A stretch of DNA of 63,107 nucleotides, counting the filler, from Rhabdomonas costata (Eukaryota), in assembly GCA_019059605.1 (NCBI GenBank). It is 56 parts of 56 records of this genome, joined end to end, with 100 filler letters (N's around TTAATTAATTAA, not from the genome) between each part and the next. Parts side by side here need not be neighbours in the genome. Positions count along the whole stretch, not along the records: positions 1 to 1,026 come from JAHMHO010032578.1; positions 1,127 to 2,155 come from JAHMHO010032579.1; positions 2,256 to 3,284 come from JAHMHO010032580.1; positions 3,385 to 4,413 come from JAHMHO010032581.1; positions 4,514 to 5,542 come from JAHMHO010032582.1; positions 5,643 to 6,671 come from JAHMHO010032583.1; positions 6,772 to 7,800 come from JAHMHO010032584.1; positions 7,901 to 8,930 come from JAHMHO010032585.1; 48 more parts are not named here. The stretch is one strand, 5' to 3'. Position numbers and translations under genes: made by a program. A model generated the notes under the pieces. The model searched no databases and was not told where the DNA came from. It saw only the letters and a list, made by a program, of their open reading frames with translations. Positions 1 to 11,188 of this stretch are shown here, in pieces (position 1 is the first letter of the stretch; every line of letters begins with the position of its first letter).

Positions 1-224
1 GGGGTCGTGTCGCGTTCCGCCACCGCGGTCGTTTCGCCTTCGCAACGAAAGGTACCAAAGCAAAGACAAAGCCACACGGGGAAACACAGGGAACCAGCCA
101 CCCACCCCACTCCCCCATGGATGAAATTGCACTGAAAAAATTGACCACAATTGAACTGCAAATTCAATTTGCGTTTAGGAGCCCACCAAAGCGGGTTCCC
201 GTAAAATTCCACGGCACAGCTCAC

Positions 225-576
225 CTCTATTTCTGGGGCACTGTCATTCATTCTTGACCTGGTGCCCTTGTGATCATCATCAACTAGTCGCCACCACCGC
301 TTTGCTTTGCCACCCCGGTCACAAAAATGCAAAGCGGCAACATACGGGTCTTCAGAATGTGCGCGCTTAAACAAAATGACCACACGCCATTCAAGCTGGA
401 CACACACACAAACGACAAGGAAAACAAAAAGGAAGAACACCACCCCTTTCTCCTTCCTTGCCAGCACCTCGAGAGGCGACTTCGGATGGGGCCTTGAGGA
501 GGCCACCCTGGACCAGCGGCGAGGCAAGAGCAAGCACCACCACCAACACCATCAAAGTTGGTACCACCGAGGCCAT
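225..576 (-). CDS. 5' part of a putative secreted/membrane protein with a signal peptide (probably 2 exons)
   Basis: ATG at 576 gives MASVVPTLMVLVVVLALASPLVQGG (hydrophobic core with a small-residue cleavage-like site). A candidate exon at 304-225 (AKRWWRLVDDDHKGTRSRMNDSAPEIE) is bounded by aag| and |gtgag. No family recognised. Confidence 0.4.
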
Positions 577-1026
577 TGTGATTTTCGGAAAGATAACGCG
601 CGTGCGTGCGGGCTTGCAGTAGGAGATGAGAAACCCCACAAAAAAGAAAGCGTACAGCCGGATGAACGCACTCGCGGAGAAATCGATGCATCAAACTCTG
701 TCATTGCGTTCGTCCATTTGATGCCTCTTCCTGTCTGCGCCCAAATGCTCCGCTGGTGCACTGCCACAGCACCGCCATCGGAGGGAAGCGGGGTCCAGCT
801 GATGAGGGTCTGCCACGGGAGAGCCCATCTTAGAATAACTTTCGTGGTGCTGACCAACCAAACCTTTAAAACCAAAAGCAATCTCATTACGTATCCTCGC
901 AAATGTTCCCCCCCCCTTGCACCCAGTTACAATCATTTCGAGGGAGCTGCCACAGATTGACCTGACCCAATCCGAGTTAAAATCCAAAAGGCAGTCAGTT
1001 TTCTGTTCCCCTCGTTACCCACACCC

Positions 1027-1126
1027 NNNNNNNNNNNNNNNNNNNNNNNNNNNNNNNNNNNNNNNNNNNNTTAATTAATTAANNNNNNNNNNNNNNNNNN
1101 NNNNNNNNNNNNNNNNNNNNNNNNNN
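1027..1126. other. Artificial contig-joining spacer (first of 55 identical copies, spaced ~1129 nt apart)
   Basis: 44 N + TTAATTAATTAA + 44 N. The core gives stops in all six frames and recurs after every ~1029-nt block to the end of the window. Confidence 0.99.
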
Positions 1127-1391
1127 GTTGGTGTGTCAGTGGGGGTCAGCGTGGTGGTGGGAGTGGGCGTGGGGGTGGAAGTGGGCGTGGTAGTGGGCGT
1201 GCTCGTGGGAGAGCTAGTGGGCGTCGTAGTGGGCGTCGATGTCGGGGTAAGTGTTGCCGTCGGAGTCGGTGTAGGGGTGGAGGTGGGTGATGCAGTTGGT
1301 GAGGACGTGGGAGTCGAAGTCGGGGTGAACGTCGGCGTATCTGAAGGTGTAGAGGTTGGTGTAAACGTTGGGGTGGAGGTCGGGGTACAAG
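1127..1391 (-). CDS. Exon encoding a Thr/Pro/Ser-rich mucin-like repeat (TPTSTPTFTPT...)
   Basis: The minus frame after cccag| reads CTPTSTPTFTPTSTPSDTPTFTPTSTPTSSPTASPT... to the contig edge. Third-position variation with a conserved peptide repeat suggests coding. Confidence 0.65.
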
Positions 1392-4300
1392 CTGGGGCTC
1401 AGCAGGGTGTCCACCAGGGCATTAACTGCGTCTTGCTGAGACGACCGAAGAAAAATAGGGGTGAGCCTCAAGCGAGCGCACCTCAAGAATGTGGAAAAAG
1501 GAAAGGCCTCGAAAAAAAATTGGTTCCAATTTCCTATCATTAGGGAGAGGTAAAAGAAAGGAAGTTAGCTGAGTTGTCCTGGAGCGAGAAGGTGCCATTG
1601 CAGGCGGAAGGGGTAATCTTGGCAACTGGGAAGGGGCTCCGACTCACTGCATTAAATAGAAACAATGACAACATAAGTTACGGTTACAACCACCCTCCTC
1701 CCCCCTCCCCAACTTCACGGGCAATTGAGGCCCAAGTCTTGGAGAAGGGAACGGCACACGCCCCCACCTTGGCCTGCTGCCGGGCGGCGATGAGGGAGGC
1801 ATTTTGGGTCCCCCCCGAGGAGCCCGTTTGTTCTGAAAGGAGACACCACCGTGGGGGATGAGTGTGTGTGTGGGGGGGGGAGAGGAACACGGACCAAGAA
1901 GAGGCGGTTGTCCCCAAACCCGCAATCACTTCACGTGCGCATTCTTCTAACGTGGTGGTTGCTTTCGAGCACAACAACAAAGCAAAGGAATACTGCATCA
2001 GACCTAAAAGTTTCCTGCAAACTGCTTACCAGCGTGCAGGGGAAGTCCATCCTTCTTTCGACACATTCCAGCACAGAAGCGAAACAGAAAACTAGGTAGA
2101 CCAAAGTAAATCAGCCGCCCACCAGCCCTTCACCAGCCCGCTCAAAACCCCCAACNNNNNNNNNNNNNNNNNNNNNNNNNNNNNNNNNNNNNNNNNNNNT
2201 TAATTAATTAANNNNNNNNNNNNNNNNNNNNNNNNNNNNNNNNNNNNNNNNNNNNATTTCGGGTGAAGACCTGGGAAACATTGATTGTTCACGGTGGTGG
2301 GAGGTGCCTTGCTTTGCCTTTTCTTGTGAGCAGACCTTGACCGTGTACAACTTGTATGACAAGAGGCCTGTGAGAAAGTTCACCGCCAACGATCGGGCAC
2401 ATGGAACTTTCGATCGGGTCCTTTGCGCTCCCTCGCTCCCTGCCCTCTCCTTCCAACCGGTCCTCGGTCCTCGTATGATTGAGTGTGTGTATTATATAGC
2501 ATTCGGCGAATGACTTCGACTTCGCTGAAATTGGTGGATTGTGTCCTCCTCCTCTACAGTTCTTTCAGACAGTTACAGTTCTTTTTCTTATGGCTGTTCT
2601 GGGGGTTCTACCAGGTGGGCCTCTTCAGCCGACCTCGAGAACCGCATCTTCGACGTAAATTAAATTTTCAAGGGCCCGGGGTGCACTTTTTGGCCCTTTG
2701 CAGGCCTGCATACTGAGCCTAAGGTTTCGGCCGGACCTGCTAAGCATACCTAAGGGTAGAGCACAGAGGTACTTCATGCTGGCACGGGAGTGGAACGGAA
2801 TGCTTGTGTTCAGAGGCTATTGTAAGGCCATTTCTGAACCATCTTTTTCTTTGCCTTTGAACAGGCTTGGATAGGCCTTTTCTTTCCCTTGCTTTTGCTC
2901 GAGCTTGGGTTTTGATAAGAGAAAGCCTACCACTCTAGCAGAGGGGGGTAGATGGCTAAATGGATGCTCCCGGACCCACGTACACACGCACACAGAGACG
3001 CGCACGCGCGCATGCACGCACACGCACACACACAAACACAAACACAGAATTCATGCCGCCGCCGGAGACGGTAGAAAAAGAGGGGAAGGCGGGCACACAA
3101 TGAAAGCTGGCGGGCGTTCGTTACTCACTGAGAGAAGACACTAGCTCACCTAAAACCTGACAAGGAAACAAACAAGAGGGGTGCAATGACAACCCACAAA
3201 CCGCTGAAAATGAAGTTGGTCTGGAGAGCGTTGCTAGTGGGGGCGGGGCTGCCGGCAACACCACCCCCACCCACACCCACCACANNNNNNNNNNNNNNNN
3301 NNNNNNNNNNNNNNNNNNNNNNNNNNNNTTAATTAATTAANNNNNNNNNNNNNNNNNNNNNNNNNNNNNNNNNNNNNNNNNNNNGGGTCATCTGGTAATC
3401 GCTGAGCTGGCAGCACGGGTCTTGGTCTGGATGAGGCAGCATTAGGACCTTTGGATGAGCGGGCAAACGACACGAAATTTATTTTATTTAATGGCCGAAA
3501 GAAATGCTGTCAGAGAGTACTGCGGAATTTCGAGGAGATCCTGCAGGAAAGAAATTGCAGGCCGGAGCCGTGGTAGTGGTAGTGGGGAGGGGAGGGGAGG
3601 GGAGGGAAGGAGAGCGCTCCACATCCGCCTTTGATGCGCACGCCTTTGATGCGCATGCCTCCTCAGACTGAAATCGACGACTGAAGTCGGACTGTAGTCC
3701 ATTTCCCAGCGCACACCAAGCGGGCCCCTTTTTGGAGTCTTAGGGGCGATTCTTGGAGAAGCATACACGCGGTAAAATCTAGACGACGTCAGTCGAGTCA
3801 ACATCCAACCAGTGCCGATGTCATAAGCGACGGGAGAGGGACAAAAGGAATACACTAAACAGCCCTTGGACTGATAGAGTCCGTTGGAAGGGCGGATAGG
3901 TGGGTGGGTCGTCGGCATGACCTTCTTTTCAGCACTTGAAGAAACGGTAACTTCAGTGTGAGGTTGCCCAACTTGGAAGGAAGACGCTCCAAGGGTCAGG
4001 AGGACGTGGCGATTCCAAGGGCGCACGCCCTCCACCTGTGGTGAATGAGATGGAACCTTCATGCATGCCTCTGATCATTGACACCGCCAGCGAAGAATCA
4101 TTTGCGGCCGTCTGCTATACGCACTCTCAGGATCATCGGCCTGGCATACAACTCCACCCATGTGGTTCCCCTGATGTACTATGAAGGTAATCAACGATAA
4201 CCCCCAAAAGCTCCCCAGTTTTGAGGAAGGCCCAGCTGCAATTGCCCATTTATACACTACAGAAGCAGAGGCCATTATACACTTGTGCAGTCAACATGCC

Positions 4301-6224
4301 AGAACCTCTGTGATCACTACGAATTATTTCGAAATCCTGTGACACAGTCTTCGGAAGGCATTCCATGGGACTTCGCATCCCAGCAGCCCCCCACCCCCAC
4401 CCTCCCCACAAACNNNNNNNNNNNNNNNNNNNNNNNNNNNNNNNNNNNNNNNNNNNNTTAATTAATTAANNNNNNNNNNNNNNNNNNNNNNNNNNNNNNN
4501 NNNNNNNNNNNNNGGGTTGTGGGCGGGGCGGGTGAATATTAGGAGGGGGCAGCGCGTCCATAACAAAGGATTCGCATGAAACAGAAGACGATAACAAAAG
4601 AGAAGAAGCCACCTCCACATGGGCAAAGGGGCAAAACGAATACGAACCTCTGTGCCAATGCCATAGATTTCGCTCATAGAGCTTTGACTGCACTGGGCCA
4701 ACACTGACATCACGCAGACGTCAGGAACAGATTAACAAAAAATTTACAAGTAAGAAAAAGGTTGAACAAAGACTGCTAAGGCGGGCGTCAAACCCGTGAG
4801 CTGTGCTTCACGACATCAAATCAGGACAGGAAGTTGCGACACTTTTTTTTTGGAAGCACTTCAACCACAGCCCGCAGTTAGCTGTTAGCTCCCAAAACGT
4901 GAAAAGAATGCACCCATATGCGCTGAGCCGTAACTTGGTCCACATGAACTCCGACTTTCCTATATTTCCGTTTCGATTCCGTCAGGCTACCATGAAGGCA
5001 GAAAGTGGCGCTATTGGGTCCAATCGCAAAATTGCATCAGTTTCCTACACAGCAGTTAACCAGCACCGCAAGGGCAGTTGCCTTCCCCCTATGGTACCCA
5101 ATCCTATCTCCGTTTCGAATTGATGAAGAACTCAAAATGAACTACCGGCTGCAAAGAAGGTGTGTGTGCGATGTCAAGTAGGGCTCAATAAGACAGAGGA
5201 GCAAAATCTGCAAAGAGCAAAACGACAGAAAGACGGAAAAGCCGAGGGAGAAGCTTCGCGCGCACGCAGGGTTCACGAGCAAGTCAGAGAGAAGTGGAAG
5301 GGAACACAAGGGTGCCAGTCTTACAAAGACCGCACAAAAGCAGCCCGCGTGTGGCGTGCAGAGATGGTGAACAACGCGCACGCGGTGAGCTAAGGCCATG
5401 CAGGAAAAGGGGAGAGCTTCACCGCAGTCTCGAAGAAAGCCCCCAGAGACGAGGCCTCGCCTCAAACCACAACCCCCTACAAAAAGGGCAACGGCGGGGA
5501 GCATTCCCCGGGCAGCCAGAGGCCAGTTCCCCAACAAAAACCNNNNNNNNNNNNNNNNNNNNNNNNNNNNNNNNNNNNNNNNNNNNTTAATTAATTAANN
5601 NNNNNNNNNNNNNNNNNNNNNNNNNNNNNNNNNNNNNNNNNNGGGTTGGGGTCTTTCCTCGCGGGAACGGCCCTTGGGGCTTTTCTTTCGGATGGGTAAA
5701 CGGTAAATGCGTGTGTGTGTGTGTGTGTGTGCAGGAGTATATAGTTTCCTGGTATGTGTGAGTAGTACTATATAGTTTCCTTGTATGTGAGAGCAGGGCT
5801 ATGTGGTTTTCTCCGCACAGTAGTGCGTGCCTTTGTCGATGATTTAATTCTATCCATCACTATCTCTGATCTCCTTTCTTTTCCTATCCTTTGCTGACTA
5901 CTGTGCACAACCCAGAAAACATTGTTTCTCCAGTGCAGGTTCCTTTTTTGCAAATTGCCTGAGGTGGCTGTGTGCTTTGTCTACGCAAAAAGGCAGTCTT
6001 GCTAAAGTGTTCCTTCACACTCATGTTACATGCCCAGCGCCGGTGAATATACTCAGGCAGATATGCGTGGAGCGGAGAGCTCGCTTGCAGCACAACATTG
6101 TACTCAGAAAACTCCATATTTCACCACTCTTCCCAATGAAAATGGATGGCGCCACGGCTGATTAGGCGCTCACATCCAAGAAAAGGACAAAGTAATTTGT
6201 TCGAGAAATTCGGCAAAACAGAAC

Positions 6225-6374
6225 CTCCTGCTCCGCCACCATCCCCTTCAGCGGGAACATCCCGAGGTTGGTGAAAACCACGTCCGCCATGGGCTGCAGC
6301 GCGGAGTACGTCTCAATGCTCAGCAGGACCTGCCCCCCGGCGCCCAGGGCCTCGATACGGGCCGCCCCATTCAC
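6225..6374 (-). CDS. Exon of a class III nucleotidyl (adenylate/guanylate) cyclase catalytic domain
   Basis: 150-nt exon, cag|...|gt, encodes VNGAARIEALGAGGQVLLSIETYSALQPMADVVFTNLGMFPLKGMVAEQE. It carries the N-x3-R catalytic motif and the GGQVLLS and G-x3-LKG motifs of class III cyclases. Confidence 0.9.
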
Positions 6375-8477
6375 CTGAGGCAGATGCACACACGTCTCCC
6401 CCGCTCCCCGCCCGAAGGAACTAACCAACTGTTGTGCTCATTGCAACTTCCGTATTTAAGACACAGTGACGAAAGCAAAACCAAATTCTCTCCCACTGTC
6501 CCACTAAGCGAAAAACGGACTCCGCGACTCCAGTGCAGCTGTGTATGCTCTCTGTGTCTCCGGAACTGCTTGCACCCCACATGCGCATTCTGGTTGTTGT
6601 TTGTGTCTCCTTGTGAGAAGTGAAAGAAACAGTTCCCTCTCCGTCTTTTTATCTTACAAACGTACACAAATNNNNNNNNNNNNNNNNNNNNNNNNNNNNN
6701 NNNNNNNNNNNNNNNTTAATTAATTAANNNNNNNNNNNNNNNNNNNNNNNNNNNNNNNNNNNNNNNNNNNNGTGTGGGGGTTGGCATTATCGCTTCAATG
6801 GTTGGGCATCCTCACTTCAACAGGTGTCATTCAGCCATCAGAGCTGGCATCTCTACGTCATGGTTAGCATCTCGGCATTTCCCCACGTGGGAAAACAGAC
6901 AATGCGCATCCACAATCCTCAGATTTGCAGAGAGTCTCTATCTCCTTCACCATTGCATCGGTATCATTCCCTCTACCGGTATCATCATTCATCACCGGTA
7001 CCATTCCGATTCATCCCTGCATGTCTGTATCGGCTACATCCATGGCCTCAGGTTGGAATGCCTACCATACACTGGTTGCTACGGTGCTCCTCTTACATCT
7101 TAGGCATGCATTGCGTTCCATTGGGCAGTTCATCGGCAGTTCTTACTGGGCAAGTGACATAGAGCAGCTCCGCAAACAGGTGCTACTCTACCACACGATG
7201 ATATGCGCTGACATTCCCATCGTTATACCATTGACTGGTAGATGCGTTCAACGTTACTCGACACTCGCCCACTACCAGAAATACTAAAGCCGATGCTTCT
7301 ACGTCACATTTGCTCTTTCCTTGCAGTGAGTGCCTGTATCGTTGGCATATGGCGATTAAGTGGGTGGTTATCGAGGCCATCTACACTACGGCTGTGTTTT
7401 AGGTTGCCACACTAAACGTTGTCACCTCTGATTGACATTTCCCAGTGTCCAGCTGACAGCACTACCGCTGCGCCTTTCCACACTCACAATGACCCGTAGT
7501 TGCGTACCTGTCATACCATCGTGTGGCTTGCGAGTACACCAGTAGGTGGTCATCACACGTACCTGACCTAGCCATAGCTGGTCTCTGGTTCAACCTCTGT
7601 TTTTAACCAGTGTACGCGCTTGTTGGCATGACTTAGAGCCTCAGTAGGATACACCACGTTACTCTCATCAACGATCACATGACCTGTGGGTTATGAGTAC
7701 GAAATCGCATATACACCCAGCGTGGGTCTGGGGTTTTGTTGAGTCCACGCTCGGTTCACTGGCGAGAGGCCCGACGTAGCTCATTGGCTACCCAACCACC
7801 NNNNNNNNNNNNNNNNNNNNNNNNNNNNNNNNNNNNNNNNNNNNTTAATTAATTAANNNNNNNNNNNNNNNNNNNNNNNNNNNNNNNNNNNNNNNNNNNN
7901 GGGTGGGTGTTGGAATAACAGCGGTTGGATGGCAGTGTTTGTTGCAGCCGCCGCGTTTGAACCTGCACTGCAGGCCCGAGTCCCACTAAAGCACCTTCCA
8001 CCCGCGGATCTGTGGGCAGCGAGCTTCGCTCATGATAAAAGTACTTGGAAAATGGGGGCATGATGTCAACCTGCATTTGTTCCTTCCACCGTTGAAACCA
8101 AAGGTGTTTTAGTAATAGTTGAGACCTTCGGTAATGGGCAAAAGAAACTGGCCACCAGCCAGACAGGTCTAACGAAAGGGAAGGGCGGTGGAGATACCTA
8201 CTCGAACGCGAACGACATGACATCATCAATGTGCAACCTCAAAAGTCAGAGATAAGACAAGTGTTACCAAATGTCACGTTTTGGACTTACACAGGGTTTT
8301 GGGACTGTGAAGTGTCTTCCAGTGTAAACCTCAACTATAGAAACCAAAGCCCCATAGCCATAGTGTCCCTGGTGTCCGATATCCTTCAATTTACCGATGT
8401 TTTTCAGATGTCTGGATGGGCCTGCATGTGTTTTTTCGCCTCGCACTTGACTTGACACATGAGTTCGGGGAGGAGGG

Positions 8478-8481
<4 letters not shown>

Positions 8482-8511
<30 letters not shown>
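8482..8511. repeat. (CT)15 microsatellite
   Basis: Perfect dinucleotide run. Confidence 0.95.
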
Positions 8512-8513
<2 letters not shown>

Positions 8514-9030
8514 CGCCCTTCTTTGGACCTGTCTGGTTGGTCGCACACTTTTTACCCATTTTGGCAGGTCTCAACTATTCCTAGAACATCTTTAGTTTCA
8601 ACGCTGAAAGGGAAAAAATACTGGTTTCCTTCGGAAACTTTCGTTTCCCGGGGCCCACGATGTCCCTTCCTTCTCATCACGTTCCTAGACATTCTCTTTT
8701 CTTTTGCCGGCCCCCCACTTTCTTTCTTCTCTCTCCCTTTCTTCTTGACGGTTTTGCAGTCTGTGAACTGCCACGGCCCCAACGCTGTACACAACTGTTT
8801 TCATTTTCACAACCAAAAACAAACTTACTAAAAAGTATGTAAGGGAGAAGAACGCTGCCAGAATCGAGGGATGACAGCGGAGTGGCGGAAGGGCTTAGTG
8901 AGAGCTGAGAGGTCGCAACAACCCCACACANNNNNNNNNNNNNNNNNNNNNNNNNNNNNNNNNNNNNNNNNNNNTTAATTAATTAANNNNNNNNNNNNNN
9001 NNNNNNNNNNNNNNNNNNNNNNNNNNNNNN

Positions 9031-9922
9031 GGGTGGTGGTGCTGTGCTTCGCTCGCCTGTGGACATATCGGAGCTCCGAAAAGTTCTTCAGGTATACTCA
9101 GGTGTTCCCATGTCAGCGAGCTGGGTTTCTGAAGAAAGCCCACTCGAAGCTTGGGCACTGCCGGAAGTTCTGAGTGGCTTTGAATCGGCCCCTGCACGTC
9201 TTTCGAACGAGTCCGAAAAAGAGGTCGCTCTTCTAGAGAAGAGGGTGCTTCTAGTGGAAGACAACAAGCTCAATCACCTTCTTTTTCTGAGGTGTGACAC
9301 GTGCGCGCTTTCCTTGCATGTTCTGAGTGTATTGTCCACGCTTCCTGCTGTGATTTTCGATTCTTTGCAGGAACCTGACCAATGCCGGCATTTCCGCCGT
9401 GGACAGTGCCTTCGATGGAGGTGAGGCTGTCGCGCTAGCCGAGAAAAACAGGTCATCCATGCTCCGGCTGTTTGTGTGGGTTTGCAACCGTTGTCAGTTG
9501 GGTTAGTTGGGTTGCGATCAACCTGGAAGTCGTTGTGTCGCCTGTTGGTGACCTTATCTCCAGCCTAGGATAGACATTAACTTGGGGTACCGATGTTTTT
9601 GCGTACGAAAAAAAATTCGAAAAATACCGCTTGACATTTGGATTCCTGGCTGCTTTGATGTCAAAGGTATGCTGTCATTCTGATGGACTGCTTCCTTCCG
9701 ACGATGTCTGGAGTGGAGGCCACCCGGAGGATCCGTCAGATACCCCACCATCGCCGCACCCCGATTGTCGCGATCACGGCAAACCAGTCCGCGGAGAACC
9801 GGCAGAGCTGCTTAGATGCTGGAATGAGCGACTTCATGGCGAAGCCCCTCACCTCGCAGAACTGGCAAGCAGTGGCAGATCTGTGTAGCAGGGACCCCAC
9901 TTCAATGAAAAATAAAGTGTAG
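9031..9922 (+). CDS. C-terminal response-regulator receiver (REC) domain, hybrid histidine kinase type; exons <9031-9291, 9371-9451, 9667-9922
   Basis: Removing two GT-AG introns gives RVLLVEDNKLNHLLFLRNLTNAGISAVDSAFDGGEAVALAEKNRYAVILMDCFLPTMSGVEATRRIRQ...PIVAITANQSAENRQSCLDAGMSDFMAKPLT...stop. The acidic pocket, phospho-Asp, Thr and Lys-Pro are all present. Confidence 0.92.
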
Positions 9923-10313
9923 TTTTGGAAGAACGATTTCCCTCTCTCTCCCTCCTCCCTCCCGCCCAAGAAAGGCCCATGCCAAGGTTGTGCGGAGGCG
10001 CAAGGCAGGGGTTATGGCAGGTCTGTGAAGACAATGGTATGTCATCCCAGATCTGGTTTNNNNNNNNNNNNNNNNNNNNNNNNNNNNNNNNNNNNNNNNN
10101 NNNTTAATTAATTAANNNNNNNNNNNNNNNNNNNNNNNNNNNNNNNNNNNNNNNNNNNNTGTGTTACGTGTGTTTGGGTTGTTGGTTCATAACAAACAAG
10201 GGCAATGAGCGAAGCAAAAAGGGGCCCTTGTTTGTTATGAACCAGGAAGCGAAACTTATGGGTTCCTTCACATGTTCGCAATAATTCCAATATTTTGGGT
10301 CTTCGGTGTTCAG

Positions 10314-11188
10314 GCTCGCAAAATTTCGGAGGTGCCCCCCGAGAAGAAGGCCGAGGTGGACAGGAGGCTGTGGAGGGCATGGCTGAAGTCCTACCATGGG
10401 GTGTTGAAGCAGGCTCTGGCGCAGTGTGGCTCCCCCAGCAACGCCGCCCTACACCTTACCCGCCGCCTAGAGGCGCGTGCTTTCTTGTTTTGGAAGGGTC
10501 TGCAGCGGAGTTGGGCTTGCACTGGCTTAGCCTTGCGTGACCGTATTGGCTCTTAGCCCACGTGAGGATAACCTTTCCGACATGTGTTTAAATTGTGTGG
10601 TGAGTTCACAGATTATACCTGCCACAACATGCTGCTGCTTATTTTCTTTCCGTGTCCACGTTCACGGGAGACAGCAGGCGGCAAGCCAGCGTTAAAGTGA
10701 CTTGGACTTTCGTACTTGACAGGTGGGCGGACAGGCAGGCACCAAGCAAACAAGTAAAAAGCTTGTGCTGAAGAAAAGTTCTAAAATAACCTTCGGAAAC
10801 TATTATCTTTATCTGGACCTCTGGACACTGGAATCGAGCGATTTACTTTACGTGAATGTTGTGAAACTGAGTGGGAATTCGCACAAGGGCAGCTCTTCTT
10901 CAGCACCAATGGCCGGTGGAAAGCGTTTTGAAGCAGCAGGCCGAGGACACCATTCCTTCATTATTACTGCATTTACTGTTTTTCTGGGTCATTCTTGTAT
11001 GTTTCCATACCTTGGATGAAGAAGGTGCGTCTTGTATGTTTCCATACCTTGGATGAAGAAGGTGCGTCTTTCAGGTCATGAACCGAGCCAATCCCAAGTA
11101 CATACTCCGTAACTACCTGGCCCAGGCAGCCATCGAGGACGCCACGGCGGCTCTGGCCGCTCACAGGACCGACGGCGCCAACCCCCAC
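10314..11188 (+). CDS. SELENOO: SelO/YdiU-family protein adenylyltransferase, C-terminal part; exons 10314-10472 and 11075->11188
   Basis: Spliced peptide ...VDRRLWRAWLKSYHGVLKQ...LTRRLE|VMNRANPKYILRNYLAQAAIEDA contains the SelO W-x2-W-x3-Y and M-x3-NPKYILRNYLAQ-x-AI motifs. The intron is GC-AG. Confidence 0.88.
10993..11066 (+). repeat. Perfect 37-bp tandem duplication at the 3' end of the SelO intron
   Basis: TCTTGTATGTTTCCATACCTTGGATGAAGAAGGTGCG at 10993-11029 and 11030-11066. Confidence 0.95.

Noticed and set aside
307..960. 217-aa plus-strand ORF
   Set aside because: No motif. It overlaps a more plausible minus-strand signal-peptide gene and its pyrimidine tracts.
1071..1082. Regularly spaced TTAATTAATTAA as a CRISPR-like or biological repeat
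   Set aside because: It is always embedded in exactly 44+44 N, so it is an assembly linker.
1133..1543. Val/Gly-rich plus-strand ORF (VGVEVGV...)
   Set aside because: It is the antisense shadow of the Thr/Pro repeat exon.
2333..2654. Possible small exons (TLTVYNLYDKRPVRKF..., WD40-like)
   Set aside because: Frames of the candidate exons are ambiguous and too short to assign.
6772..7800. Possible gag/protease relic on the minus strand (RNACLRCK)
   Set aside because: Only half a zinc knuckle with no confirming motif.
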